The notes under the pieces were generated by a model. The model did no database searches, was not told the DNA's origin, and saw only the letters and a list, made by a program, of their open reading frames with translations. Below are positions 44,466 to 53,107 of a stretch of DNA of 64,000 nt, piece after piece; positions within the stretch are counted from its first letter, which is position 1; each line of letters opens with the position of its first letter. The stretch lies in assembly GCA_014653715.1 (NCBI GenBank), contig JACWEB010000001.1:84798-148797 (forward strand), given 5' to 3'. The translations under genes and the position numbers were made by a program. The DNA comes from Pelagibacterales bacterium SAG-MED31 (GTDB lineage: Bacteria; Pseudomonadota; Alphaproteobacteria; HIMB59; GCA-002718135).

Positions 44466-45701
44466 TTACATTAAGTCTTCAATTTCCTCCATCATCTCTT
44501 CTTGTAAAGCAGCCATATCAGTTGCTTCACCAGTAACTATCATTTCTGTATAGTCATAGATAACCTGAGTAATTGCTAATCCATTTTGACCTGGATATGC
44601 AAACCAATCAGCTAATAATGGAAGCTGATCTACCGCAGTCAGTTTATTAGGATTAGCATCATAGAAATCTCCTAAGAGTTCATTAGCTGCTTTATTAGGT
44701 GGAACATATCCGGTTGTTTCTGCAACTGCTGCTGCACCAACACCTGAAGTAATGAACTTCAAGAACGTCCAAGCTGCTTGAATTCTTTCTGGATCATCAG
44801 AAGTAGAAACAAACATTGCTGCATTACCACCAGCAGGTAATGCTGTTGGGGTACCTCCATTTACACCAGGCATTCCTGGAAATGGTTCAGTGTCAAGAAC
44901 CCAATCACCTTTTGCTGCCTCAACTGAACCTAAACTAGAAGTAGACCAAAAGAACATTGGTAATTTACCAGCATTAAAAGCTGCAAGTCCATCTGCGTTA
45001 GAATAATTATTCATGTCACAGCCATCAAAAATTGCTTTCATTTGATTTAATGCATTAAGACCTGCCTGACCTCCAATATTAACCTTACCATCTTTTACCA
45101 TTGGCTCTCCTTGTGAATGCATTAATGCTTGGAAGAACCAGTTACCAGTTATACTCCATCCCCACCACATTGGGTCATGTCCAGCTGCAGAAAGTTTACC
45201 ACACGCATCAATAACTTCATCCCAAGTACTTGGAAGATCAATGATACCAACAGAAGACATTAAATCTACATTGTAGTATCCTATTGGTGTTGAAACAGAA
45301 AATGGAAGTCCATAAACTTCACCTCCAAAAGTTGATAAGCTTAACATTGCAGAATGATAACCATCTTTTTCAAAGTCAGCCTCATTTGCAATAAACGGCT
45401 CTAAAGATTTTGCAATACCTTTGTCAACTAGTGGAGCCTGTCTATTAAGACCTTGCATAGTTACATCAGGTAAGTTTCCTGAAGTAGCTTCACGTAATAT
45501 TGTACTAGTAGCATCTTCATAATTTTCATAAGTTGCTCTAAATTTTACTTTAATATCAGGATGCGCAGCTTCAAACTGAGGCATTATTCTTTGATATGTT
45601 ACATCAAAAAGACCTGAGTATGGATAAGCAAACTCAATTTCAACTGCATTTGCAGTACTAAAAATAAAAGTTGCTAAAATTCCAGTTATAAATTTTTTCA
45701 T
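44466..45701 (-). CDS. Family-1 (UgpB/sugar-type) ABC substrate-binding protein
   Basis: Signal peptide MKKFITGILATFIFSTANA. 411 aa of the carbohydrate/glycerol-3-phosphate binding-protein type. The cognate UgpC/A/E-like genes lie on the opposite strand at 48649-51639. Confidence 0.6.
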   Translation of the reverse strand: MKKFITGILATFIFSTANAVEIEFAYPYSGLFDVTYQRIMPQFEAAHPDIKVKFRATYENYEDATSTILREATSGNLPDVTMQGLNRQAPLVDKGIAKSLEPFIANEADFEKDGYHSAMLSLSTFGGEVYGLPFSVSTPIGYYNVDLMSSVGIIDLPSTWDEVIDACGKLSAAGHDPMWWGWSITGNWFFQALMHSQGEPMVKDGKVNIGGQAGLNALNQMKAIFDGCDMNNYSNADGLAAFNAGKLPMFFWSTSSLGSVEAAKGDWVLDTEPFPGMPGVNGGTPTALPAGGNAAMFVSTSDDPERIQAAWTFLKFITSGVGAAAVAETTGYVPPNKAANELLGDFYDANPNKLTAVDQLPLLADWFAYPGQNGLAITQVIYDYTEMIVTGEATDMAALQEEMMEEIEDLM

Positions 45702-45750
45702 TAATCCTCCCTTTTATAATTCAGAATTATATTATTTTTAAAATACTTAG

Positions 45751-45768
45751 GTTACATAAATATTAAAG
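45751..45768 (-). promoter_or_regulatory. Pho-box-like element upstream of the Ugp-like binding-protein gene
   Basis: The minus strand reads CTTTAAT-ATTT-ATGTAAC, 49 nt upstream of the ATG. It matches the pstS element at 21085-21102 in 17 of 18 positions. Confidence 0.5.
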
Positions 45769-45842
45769 TATTATTTCAAATAATTTGTTAAAAATATTAG
45801 TTGATTTGTATAAGTTTATAGAAAACTAAGTATTTTTTCAAA

Positions 45843-47282
45843 TTACCAAGGAAGTGAAAAGGTTTTTACATTTGTAAAACTTTTCATGGCTTCTATAACA
45901 CCTTCTTTATATCCAAGCCCAGAATCCTTAATACCACCAAATGGCGACATCTCAATTCGGTAACCTGGAACTTCCCATATATTTACAGTTCCTACATCCA
46001 AGTTCTGGATATAATTTTTTGCTCGCATAAAATTATTTGTACAAACACCTGAAGATAAACCAAAGGCGGTAGAGTTTGATATTTTAATTACTTCTTCATC
46101 TTCATCAGGCACACGTATAATTGGTATTATTGGTCCAAAAGTTTCTTCTAAAACTAATTCACTTTTTGGATTTACATTATCAACAACTATAGGGGGGAGC
46201 AGTGCGCCCTCTCTCCCAGGATGATATAAAATTTTTGCTCCTTCTTCTTCAGCCATAGAAACTCTTTTATCAAAAAACTCAGCTGCTTCAGCATTCACAA
46301 CAGTACCAAGATCAGTTGATAAATCCATAGGATCGCCAAACTTAATTTTCTTTGCTCTTACAAGAGCCATTTCAACAAATTTATCAGCAATTTTATTTTG
46401 ACATAAAATTCTTTTAACTGCTGTACATCGTTGCCCAGAATTTTTTGTTGCTCCAGTTACAGCTAACTCTACTGCTTTTTTAAGATCATCATCATTCAAA
46501 TCATTTAAAACAATTAAAGGATCATTCCCACCTAATTCTAAAACTGTCCTCTTGTAACCAGCCTGTTCTGCAATATATTTTCCAACCCCAACACTTCCTG
46601 TAAATGTTATCAGGTCAATATTTGGATTTTGTATCATCTCTAATCCAATATCTTTAGGCCATCCTGTAACAACAGAAAACATTTCTGGAGGAAGACCTGC
46701 TTCATACAATACATCTGCCAATAGCATAGCAGTCATAGGTGTTAATTCAGTTTGTTTACATACAGTGCAATTATTCGTTGCAATTGAAGGAGCAATTTTA
46801 TGAGCAACCATATTGAGTGGATGATTAAAAGGAGTGATTGCAGAAATAGCTCTTAAAGGTTCACGAATTGTAAATATTTTTCTTGCTTTTCCATGAGGTG
46901 TTAAATCACAAGAAAATATTTCTCCATCATCATAAATGCATAGCTGGGCTGTAAGAGAAAATACATCAAAAGCTCTTCCAACTTCATAAAGAGAATCTTG
47001 TTTTGATATACCAAGTTCATAAGTAATCACATCAGAGATTTCTTCTTTTCTTTTAACAAGAGCTTCAGCAGTATTTTGAAGTATTTTTTGACGCTCATAG
47101 CGTGTTAGATTAGGTTTATAGTTTGTTGCAATATCTAAAGCTTGTTTTGCATGTTCAGCTGTCCCTGCAGGAACAGTTCCTATTACTTCTTTTGTATAAG
47201 GATATTCAACATTGATAACTGTATCAGTGTTTACTTTTTTACCAGCAATTCTCATTGATTCATTAATAATTTTTTTATTCAT
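45843..47282 (-). CDS. phnY: Phosphonoacetaldehyde dehydrogenase (aldehyde dehydrogenase family)
   Basis: ALDH motifs ELGGNDP and catalytic Cys in SGQRCTA. 8-nt overlap with phnA upstream, the same pairing as the rhizobial phnW-phnA-phnY pathway. Confidence 0.75.
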   Translation of the reverse strand: MNKKIINESMRIAGKKVNTDTVINVEYPYTKEVIGTVPAGTAEHAKQALDIATNYKPNLTRYERQKILQNTAEALVKRKEEISDVITYELGISKQDSLYEVGRAFDVFSLTAQLCIYDDGEIFSCDLTPHGKARKIFTIREPLRAISAITPFNHPLNMVAHKIAPSIATNNCTVCKQTELTPMTAMLLADVLYEAGLPPEMFSVVTGWPKDIGLEMIQNPNIDLITFTGSVGVGKYIAEQAGYKRTVLELGGNDPLIVLNDLNDDDLKKAVELAVTGATKNSGQRCTAVKRILCQNKIADKFVEMALVRAKKIKFGDPMDLSTDLGTVVNAEAAEFFDKRVSMAEEEGAKILYHPGREGALLPPIVVDNVNPKSELVLEETFGPIIPIIRVPDEDEEVIKISNSTAFGLSSGVCTNNFMRAKNYIQNLDVGTVNIWEVPGYRIEMSPFGGIKDSGLGYKEGVIEAMKSFTNVKTFSLPW

Positions 47283-48519
47283 GACTTGCTCCTAATATTG
47301 CATAATAAAATGCATCATAGTTATACAATTGCGTATCTTTATTAATTGGTATTTTTTTATTAACTATAAATGGCACTTCACGTTCATGCAATCCACCATG
47401 TGAGCGAAGAGGTTCGTTTAAACCGCTAAGATTATGTTTTTCTTCTGAAGAGCCAATAGTCATAAACTCAGAAGACATACAAACAATATCACCCATTCTA
47501 TCTGAAGGAAGATTATATTCTTTACATGCATCACTGTTATTTAAAACCACTTCAATTTCTTTAATTTTTTTAATTTCATTCATCACATCTTCTGTTTTGT
47601 TTTTATCCTCTAAGTAGATAGTTGCAAAGGAACCAAGTGATCCATGGTGGACCACATAAGGATCAGTAATAGGTAAAATAACTTTAGTTTCGTTTTCTCT
47701 AAAAATATTATTTAAATAGTCTTGTAAGAAAATTGCATTGGGAGAACCATCCTCTTTTGATTTTGGTTTCATACCATGATCTGCTGTAATAATTATTGTT
47801 GCTCCCATTTCATCTAATTGACCTATATAGTTATCAAACATTTCGTAAAACTTATTTGCAACTTCATGACCTGGTGCATATTTATGTTGGATATAATCAG
47901 TAGTGGAGAGATACAAAATATTTGGATTAAACTCTTTTAACAACTTTACACCAGACGCCATAACAAACTCTGATAAATCCTGCGAATACACTTCAGGGAC
48001 TGGTCTATTTATCCAGTCATTTACATTTTCAATGCCATTTTCTTCTTTAGTAGCTAGATTTGATTTTTCTGCAGAAAAACAAATAGCTCTACCTTCATTA
48101 AATTTTAGACCATTTCCAAGAAGTGTTCGCAATTTATCTTTTGCTGTTACGACGGCAATTTTTGCACCACTATCATAGAATTTTTCAAAAATAGTTGGAG
48201 CACGCAGATATTGAGGATCGTTCATCATCACTTCTTTACTTGTTGATGGTGTATAAAAAAAATTACCACAAATGCCATGAACAGAACTAGGTCTCCCAGT
48301 GACTATGGATATATTGTTCGGATTAGTGAAGCTTGGAATAGCGCTATGTGCCATTAAATATTCACCAGCTTTAGTAATTCTGTCTAAATTTGTTGTTAAG
48401 CCTAACTTTGAAGCTTCATCTAAATATTCTTTCTGACTTCCATCAAGGCATATTACTACCGAAGTAGTCTTAAAAGAATTAGGATAATTTCTTTCATTAA
48501 CAGAAATCATATCAGACAT
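47275..48519 (-). CDS. phnA: Phosphonoacetate hydrolase PhnA (alkaline-phosphatase superfamily)
   Basis: Long collinear blocks match Pseudomonas PhnA as I recall it: [96 protein letters not shown]. Confidence 0.9.
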   Translation of the reverse strand: MSDMISVNERNYPNSFKTTSVVICLDGSQKEYLDEASKLGLTTNLDRITKAGEYLMAHSAIPSFTNPNNISIVTGRPSSVHGICGNFFYTPSTSKEVMMNDPQYLRAPTIFEKFYDSGAKIAVVTAKDKLRTLLGNGLKFNEGRAICFSAEKSNLATKEENGIENVNDWINRPVPEVYSQDLSEFVMASGVKLLKEFNPNILYLSTTDYIQHKYAPGHEVANKFYEMFDNYIGQLDEMGATIIITADHGMKPKSKEDGSPNAIFLQDYLNNIFRENETKVILPITDPYVVHHGSLGSFATIYLEDKNKTEDVMNEIKKIKEIEVVLNNSDACKEYNLPSDRMGDIVCMSSEFMTIGSSEEKHNLSGLNEPLRSHGGLHEREVPFIVNKKIPINKDTQLYNYDAFYYAILGASHE

Positions 48520-48558
48520 TGATGCCTATATATTGATAAACCCTAATAAAGCAACATG

Positions 48559-48587
48559 AGATAACAAATCTGTAACATTTATTTAAT
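48559..48587 (+). promoter_or_regulatory. Pho-box-like phased repeats upstream of the ugpC-like operon
   Basis: AGATAAC-AAAT-CTGTAAC-ATTT-ATTTAAT gives three half-sites in 11-bp phase. It is oriented toward the plus-strand operon whose ATG is 61 nt downstream. Confidence 0.45.
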
Positions 48588-48648
48588 AAAAGTATGGAAA
48601 AAAACTTTTAATTCTTTTTAATATTAGTATCTTAATTTTTTATAATTT

Positions 48649-49785
48649 ATGGGAACAATCAAATTACAAAATATAAATAAATCTTTTGGAAAAACAGAAG
48701 TTCTTAATGATCTTAATTTAGAAATAGAAGATGGTGAGTTTCTTACTTTAGTTGGTCCAAGTGGTTGTGGAAAATCAACATTATTAAGAATCATTGCTGG
48801 ATTAGAACAACAAACTTCTGGAGATGTTTTTATAGATGATAAAAATGTAAATAAAACTAGAGCAAGCGAACGTGATCTTGCCATGGTGTTTCAATCCTAT
48901 GCACTGTACCCTCATTTGACTGTAAGACGAAATTTAGAAACACCACTTAGACTTAGAGATTATTCCAGTTTAGAAAGGTTTCCAATTTTAGGTAACTTGT
49001 TTCCTAATAAAAAAAATAAAACAAAAAAAATACATGACCTAGTTCAAAAAACATCAGAGACTTTAAAAATTACTGAACTTCTAGATCGAAAGCCAGGGCA
49101 ACTATCAGGTGGTCAGCGTCAAAGAGCAGCTTTGGGTAGAGCGATGGTTAGGGAACCTGTGGCTTTTTTAATGGATGAGCCGCTATCAAATCTAGATGCA
49201 GCTCTTCGTGTACATATGCGCTCAGAACTATCTGAGTTACATGCAAATCTCAAAACAACTTTTATTTATGTGACTCATGATCAAGCAGAAGCATTAACAA
49301 TGTCAACAAGAATGGCAGTAATGATTGATGGAAAACTTCTTCAGTTAGATACTCCTCAACAAGTTTATGATAATCCTTTATCGTTAGCAGTTGCTCAATT
49401 TGTAGGAAGTCCAAAAATTAATACAATAAAAGGATCTACTAATTCTGATGGAACAATAAAATTTTTGAATTTAGAATTACAAAGAAAAACATCAATTACA
49501 AATACTGATATTATAATAGGTATTAGGCCAGAGCATCTTGAAATCTCTAAAGATCATTCAAATAATTCGATAGAAGGTGTGGTAAGTTATAGAGAAAATT
49601 TGGGCTCTGATATGTTTTTCCATATTGAAATAGGTGGTGATAATAAAAAATTAATAGCAAGAGGAGCACCACAATTAACCAGCTCAATAAGTATTGGCTC
49701 TAAAGTGTTTGTTACTAGGTTAAAAGGGGAAGCATTGTTATTTGATCAAAACGGTTCTCGAATAAAATTTACAAGCGATAATTAG
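48649..49785 (+). CDS. UgpC/MalK-type ABC ATP-binding protein
   Basis: [30 protein letters not shown], and a C-terminal TOBE-like domain. There is an unusual insertion of about 30 aa after the Q-loop (YSSLERFPILGNLFPNKKNKTKK). Confidence 0.75.
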   Translation: MGTIKLQNINKSFGKTEVLNDLNLEIEDGEFLTLVGPSGCGKSTLLRIIAGLEQQTSGDVFIDDKNVNKTRASERDLAMVFQSYALYPHLTVRRNLETPLRLRDYSSLERFPILGNLFPNKKNKTKKIHDLVQKTSETLKITELLDRKPGQLSGGQRQRAALGRAMVREPVAFLMDEPLSNLDAALRVHMRSELSELHANLKTTFIYVTHDQAEALTMSTRMAVMIDGKLLQLDTPQQVYDNPLSLAVAQFVGSPKINTIKGSTNSDGTIKFLNLELQRKTSITNTDIIIGIRPEHLEISKDHSNNSIEGVVSYRENLGSDMFFHIEIGGDNKKLIARGAPQLTSSISIGSKVFVTRLKGEALLFDQNGSRIKFTSDN

Positions 49786-49789
49786 AGGG

Positions 49790-50746
49790 ATGCATTACTC
49801 AAGAGCACATATATGGTTTGTTGGTCCAGCAGTGTTGTTAATGTTTATTATTCTTATCTTTCCAATACTTCTTGCAGGAGGAATTTCTTTTACAAATTAT
49901 AATTTAGGTAATTCATCATTTGAATGGATAGGTCTAGAAAACTATGAAAAAATGTTTTCTAGAAAAACATATATAAAAATGATCTGGGCAACAGCAACAT
50001 ATGTTTTAATCGTTGTTCCTTTTTCAGTAGTAATAGGTTTATGTGCGGCCATGCTGCTTAACTCTCTTCGTTTTGGCGCAGACATATACAAAACAATTTT
50101 CTTTTTACCTGTTATGGCAACTTTATTAGCTATGGCTATTGCATGGGAATTTACTCTTCACCCAACAATGGGTTTAGTTAATTCATTTTTAGCAAATGGA
50201 TGCGGTGGTATTAGAGAATTTATCTTAGGGTTTCATTGGTTGCCTTGGGTTAACTCTAATGAAAGCTGGTATCATATTGCATGTGAGAATAATAACGACT
50301 TTCCTTTTTGGTTAAAAGACAGAGGATATGCAATTTGGACAGTTTGTTTTATTGGAGTTTGGCAAGCTTTTGGTTTTAATATGGTTTTATATCTTGCTGG
50401 TTTAACAAGTATACCAAGAGAGCTATATCACGCTGCTGAAATGGATGGTGCCAAATCAACATGGGAGCAATTTAAGTTAGTTACTTGGCCAATGCTTGGA
50501 CCAACGACTCTATTTGTCATTACAATCACTACTATTCGATCATTTCAAGTTTTTGATACAATTGAAGTGCTTACTAAAGGTGGTCCATCTAAATCAACTT
50601 ATGTAATGATGTATGCAATTTTTGAAAAAGGTATTCAACAAAACTTAACAGCTATAGCTGCAGCAATTACTGTTGTGTTTATTATATTTGTTATACTGCT
50701 GACTTTCTTCCAACGATATGTCATTGAAAAACGAGTTCATTATTAA
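49790..50746 (+). CDS. UgpA/MalF-type ABC permease
   Basis: Six-helix permease with the EAA motif HAAEMDGAKSTWEQF. Confidence 0.75.
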   Translation: MHYSRAHIWFVGPAVLLMFIILIFPILLAGGISFTNYNLGNSSFEWIGLENYEKMFSRKTYIKMIWATATYVLIVVPFSVVIGLCAAMLLNSLRFGADIYKTIFFLPVMATLLAMAIAWEFTLHPTMGLVNSFLANGCGGIREFILGFHWLPWVNSNESWYHIACENNNDFPFWLKDRGYAIWTVCFIGVWQAFGFNMVLYLAGLTSIPRELYHAAEMDGAKSTWEQFKLVTWPMLGPTTLFVITITTIRSFQVFDTIEVLTKGGPSKSTYVMMYAIFEKGIQQNLTAIAAAITVVFIIFVILLTFFQRYVIEKRVHY

Positions 50747-51639
50747 TGAAAAATAATCAGTATATTGGGGAAGGGTGGAAACATGCCATACTTATTATTG
50801 GTGCTCTAGTCGTTTTATTACCATTTTATATGGTTGTTTCTATTTCTTTAAAATCACAACAAGAAATTCAATCAATTTCTGGCGGATTGATAGGGGCCCA
50901 AGAGGTACAAACTTTTCCAGTGTGTACAAAAATGGGGATGTCGGAAAAAACGTGTACAATGAAACCTTATGTATACAATTATTGGTTTGCTTTTAAAAAG
51001 GCACCTATTGCAAGATACTTATTAAATGGATTGTTTGTTACTGTTTCAATATTTTTAATTCAGATACTAATTGCATTACCGTGTGCCTATGCTTTATCGA
51101 AATTGAGATTTTATGGAAGAGAATTTATTTTTTCTATGGTTCTATTTTGTTTATTAATACCTGTTCATGCAATTGCATTACCTCTTTATGTTATGCTAGC
51201 AAAAGTAGGATTGGTTGATACCTACGCCGCCTTAATCATACCCTGGACGATATCTGTTTTTGGTATATTTTTAATGCGGCAATTTTTTATGACAGTCCCC
51301 GATGAATTAATCGATGCCGCTAGGATGGATGGTATGGGAGAATATTCAATCGTTTGGAAAGTCATGTTACCAACTGCTATTCCTGCTCTTTTAGCTTTTG
51401 CTATTTTCTCAGTTGTTGCCCATTGGAATGATTATTTCTGGCCACGAATTGTTATTACTGGAAATAGAGATTTATTTACACCTCCACTAGGTATACGAGA
51501 ATTTAGAGGAGGGGTTGATAGTGATGAATTTGGTCCAATGATGGCATCAATCGTTACTATTACAGTGCCGTTAGTTGTTGCTTTTATTATTGCTCAAAAA
51601 AGATTTATTGAAGGTATTACAATGACAGGTATGAAGTAA
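50746..51639 (+). CDS. UgpE/MalG-type ABC permease
   Basis: The start overlaps the previous stop. EAA motif DAARMDGMGEYSIVW. Confidence 0.75.
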   Translation: MKNNQYIGEGWKHAILIIGALVVLLPFYMVVSISLKSQQEIQSISGGLIGAQEVQTFPVCTKMGMSEKTCTMKPYVYNYWFAFKKAPIARYLLNGLFVTVSIFLIQILIALPCAYALSKLRFYGREFIFSMVLFCLLIPVHAIALPLYVMLAKVGLVDTYAALIIPWTISVFGIFLMRQFFMTVPDELIDAARMDGMGEYSIVWKVMLPTAIPALLAFAIFSVVAHWNDYFWPRIVITGNRDLFTPPLGIREFRGGVDSDEFGPMMASIVTITVPLVVAFIIAQKRFIEGITMTGMK

Positions 51640-51662
51640 AATAGATTATCTAACTTTACCTC

Positions 51663-52505
51663 ATGCCGGATTATTTTTTATTTTTACTTTTATTAATCGC
51701 TGCCCTATCACACGCTATTTGTCATAGTATTCTTAAATATAATAAAAACCCTCTTGGAATTTTAGGTATAACCTCAATTTTTGAAATAATTATTTTTACT
51801 CCTTTTGTATTACATGTTCCTTTTCCCACTCCTTATATTTGGGCTTTAATTATTACATCTGCATTGCTTCATGGTTTGTATAGATTGCTTGTAATTTTTT
51901 CATATAATTATGGTGACCTTTCATTTATCTATCCCATAGCCAGAGGGAGCTCATCTTTATTGTTGGCAATAATAAGTTTAATTTATTTAACTGATAAAAT
52001 TTCTTTATTAGGATTTATCGCAATCATTATTGTATGTATGGGTTTGTTTTTAATTTCTTATAATGACAGAGTAAAATTTAATTATTCTGCTTTTAGTTTG
52101 GGTTTTTTAACAGCTATTATGATAACAGCCTATACATTAGTAGATGGTATTGGTGTTAGACACTCAGCAAATCCTTACAGCTTTTTATATTGGATGCTTT
52201 TATTAAACGGAACCCCGGCACTAATTGCTGCTTTCTTTTTTAAAAACAATGGCCTTCGCATAGTAAATAAAAATCTTATTTTGACAGGAGTGATATTTGG
52301 TATTCTTGCTCCTTTAGCATATGGTTTAGCCGTTTGGTGTATGCAATTTTTGCCTATTGCCTATGTATCCTCAATGCGTGAAACTAGTATCATATTTGCT
52401 ACAATAATTGGTTTACTGCTTTTAAAAGAAACTACAGCTTCTAAAAGAATAATACCATCAATATTTATAGTTATAGGTATATCTCTTCTATATTTCCAAA
52501 TTTAA
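51663..52505 (+). CDS. EamA/DMT-family transporter (280 aa), paralog of 27141..27983
   Basis: Same length and helix layout as the first copy. Shared blocks FIYPIARG and SMRETSIIFATIIGLLLLKE. Confidence 0.7.
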   Translation: MPDYFLFLLLLIAALSHAICHSILKYNKNPLGILGITSIFEIIIFTPFVLHVPFPTPYIWALIITSALLHGLYRLLVIFSYNYGDLSFIYPIARGSSSLLLAIISLIYLTDKISLLGFIAIIIVCMGLFLISYNDRVKFNYSAFSLGFLTAIMITAYTLVDGIGVRHSANPYSFLYWMLLLNGTPALIAAFFFKNNGLRIVNKNLILTGVIFGILAPLAYGLAVWCMQFLPIAYVSSMRETSIIFATIIGLLLLKETTASKRIIPSIFIVIGISLLYFQI

Positions 52506-52563
52506 GGCTGGATCTTAAATATTATTGGACATCAAATCATAAATTTTCTATAGAACTCTAAAG

Positions 52564-52722
52564 ATGGAAGAAATAGAAAAAGTGCCCGCAAATACTGAAA
52601 CTATTTGTTGCGATGGTGGTCAAGATGGTTTAGGACACCCCGCAGTTTATTATAGTTTTGATAATCAAGATAAAGTTATCTGTGGTTATTGTGACAAGAT
52701 TTACATTAAAAAAGAAGAGTAA
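52564..52722 (+). CDS. 52-aa zinc-finger (zf-CHCC / NDUFS6 C-terminal-like) protein
   Basis: Below the ORF-track size cutoff, so hand-translated: MEEIEKVPANTETICCDGGQDGLGHPAVYYSFDNQDKVICGYCDKIYIKKEE. The C..GHP.V......CxYC pattern is that of the small alphaproteobacterial zinc-finger proteins. Confidence 0.65.
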   Translation: MEEIEKVPANTETICCDGGQDGLGHPAVYYSFDNQDKVICGYCDKIYIKKEE

Positions 52723-52727
52723 TTAAT

Positions 52728-53084
52728 ATGCATAAAGAATCTTGGGGAGAAAAAAGAATTTGTCCAATGTGTAGTAAACAATACTACGACTTAGGAAGAA
52801 CCGAATTAGAATGTCCAGAATGTGGTAAAGAAATTGAAGTTACTACAATGTCTAGACCTAGGCGAGGAAGAAAACCTGGTAGTACAAATGCGGCTCCTTT
52901 AGTAAATCCAATCCCACCAAAAACCAAAGAAAAAGACGATGAGTTAGATATCGAAAATTTGGATATTGACAATAATGAAGATAATTTGGAAGATGATACT
53001 GTGCTTCTTGAAGATGAAACTGATATTGACCCAGCTGCTGATGCAGGCATTGTTACACCTGATGAAGGTGAAGAAGAATATTAA
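52728..53084 (+). CDS. FYDLN_acid-family protein (zinc ribbon plus acidic tail)
   Basis: CPMCSKQYYDLGR...CPECG zinc ribbon, a basic patch RPRRGRKPG, then a long D/E-rich tail. This is the family architecture (TIGR02300 as I recall). Confidence 0.7.
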   Translation: MHKESWGEKRICPMCSKQYYDLGRTELECPECGKEIEVTTMSRPRRGRKPGSTNAAPLVNPIPPKTKEKDDELDIENLDIDNNEDNLEDDTVLLEDETDIDPAADAGIVTPDEGEEEY

Positions 53085-53107
53085 TTTTTAAACTATAATA
53101 AATTAAA

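Noticed and set aside
48641-48646. A perfect TATAAT 3 nt upstream of the ugpC-like ATG, considered as a -10 box or leaderless promoter.
   Set aside because: A -10 box at this position would put the transcription start inside the coding region. TATAAT hexamers are expected by chance in sequence this AT-rich.
48624-48884. 86-aa minus-strand ORF spanning the ugpC-like start region.
   Set aside because: It is antisense to the Walker-A region of a clear ABC ATPase. Its N-terminal part would also cover the Pho-box/promoter spacer.
27984-51662. The possibility that the phosphorus island is a recent mobile or integrative element.
   Set aside because: I found no integrase, transposase, tRNA attachment site, terminal direct or inverted repeats, and no visible compositional break at the borders. 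Only the flanking EamA paralogs stand out, and these are reported as a finding.
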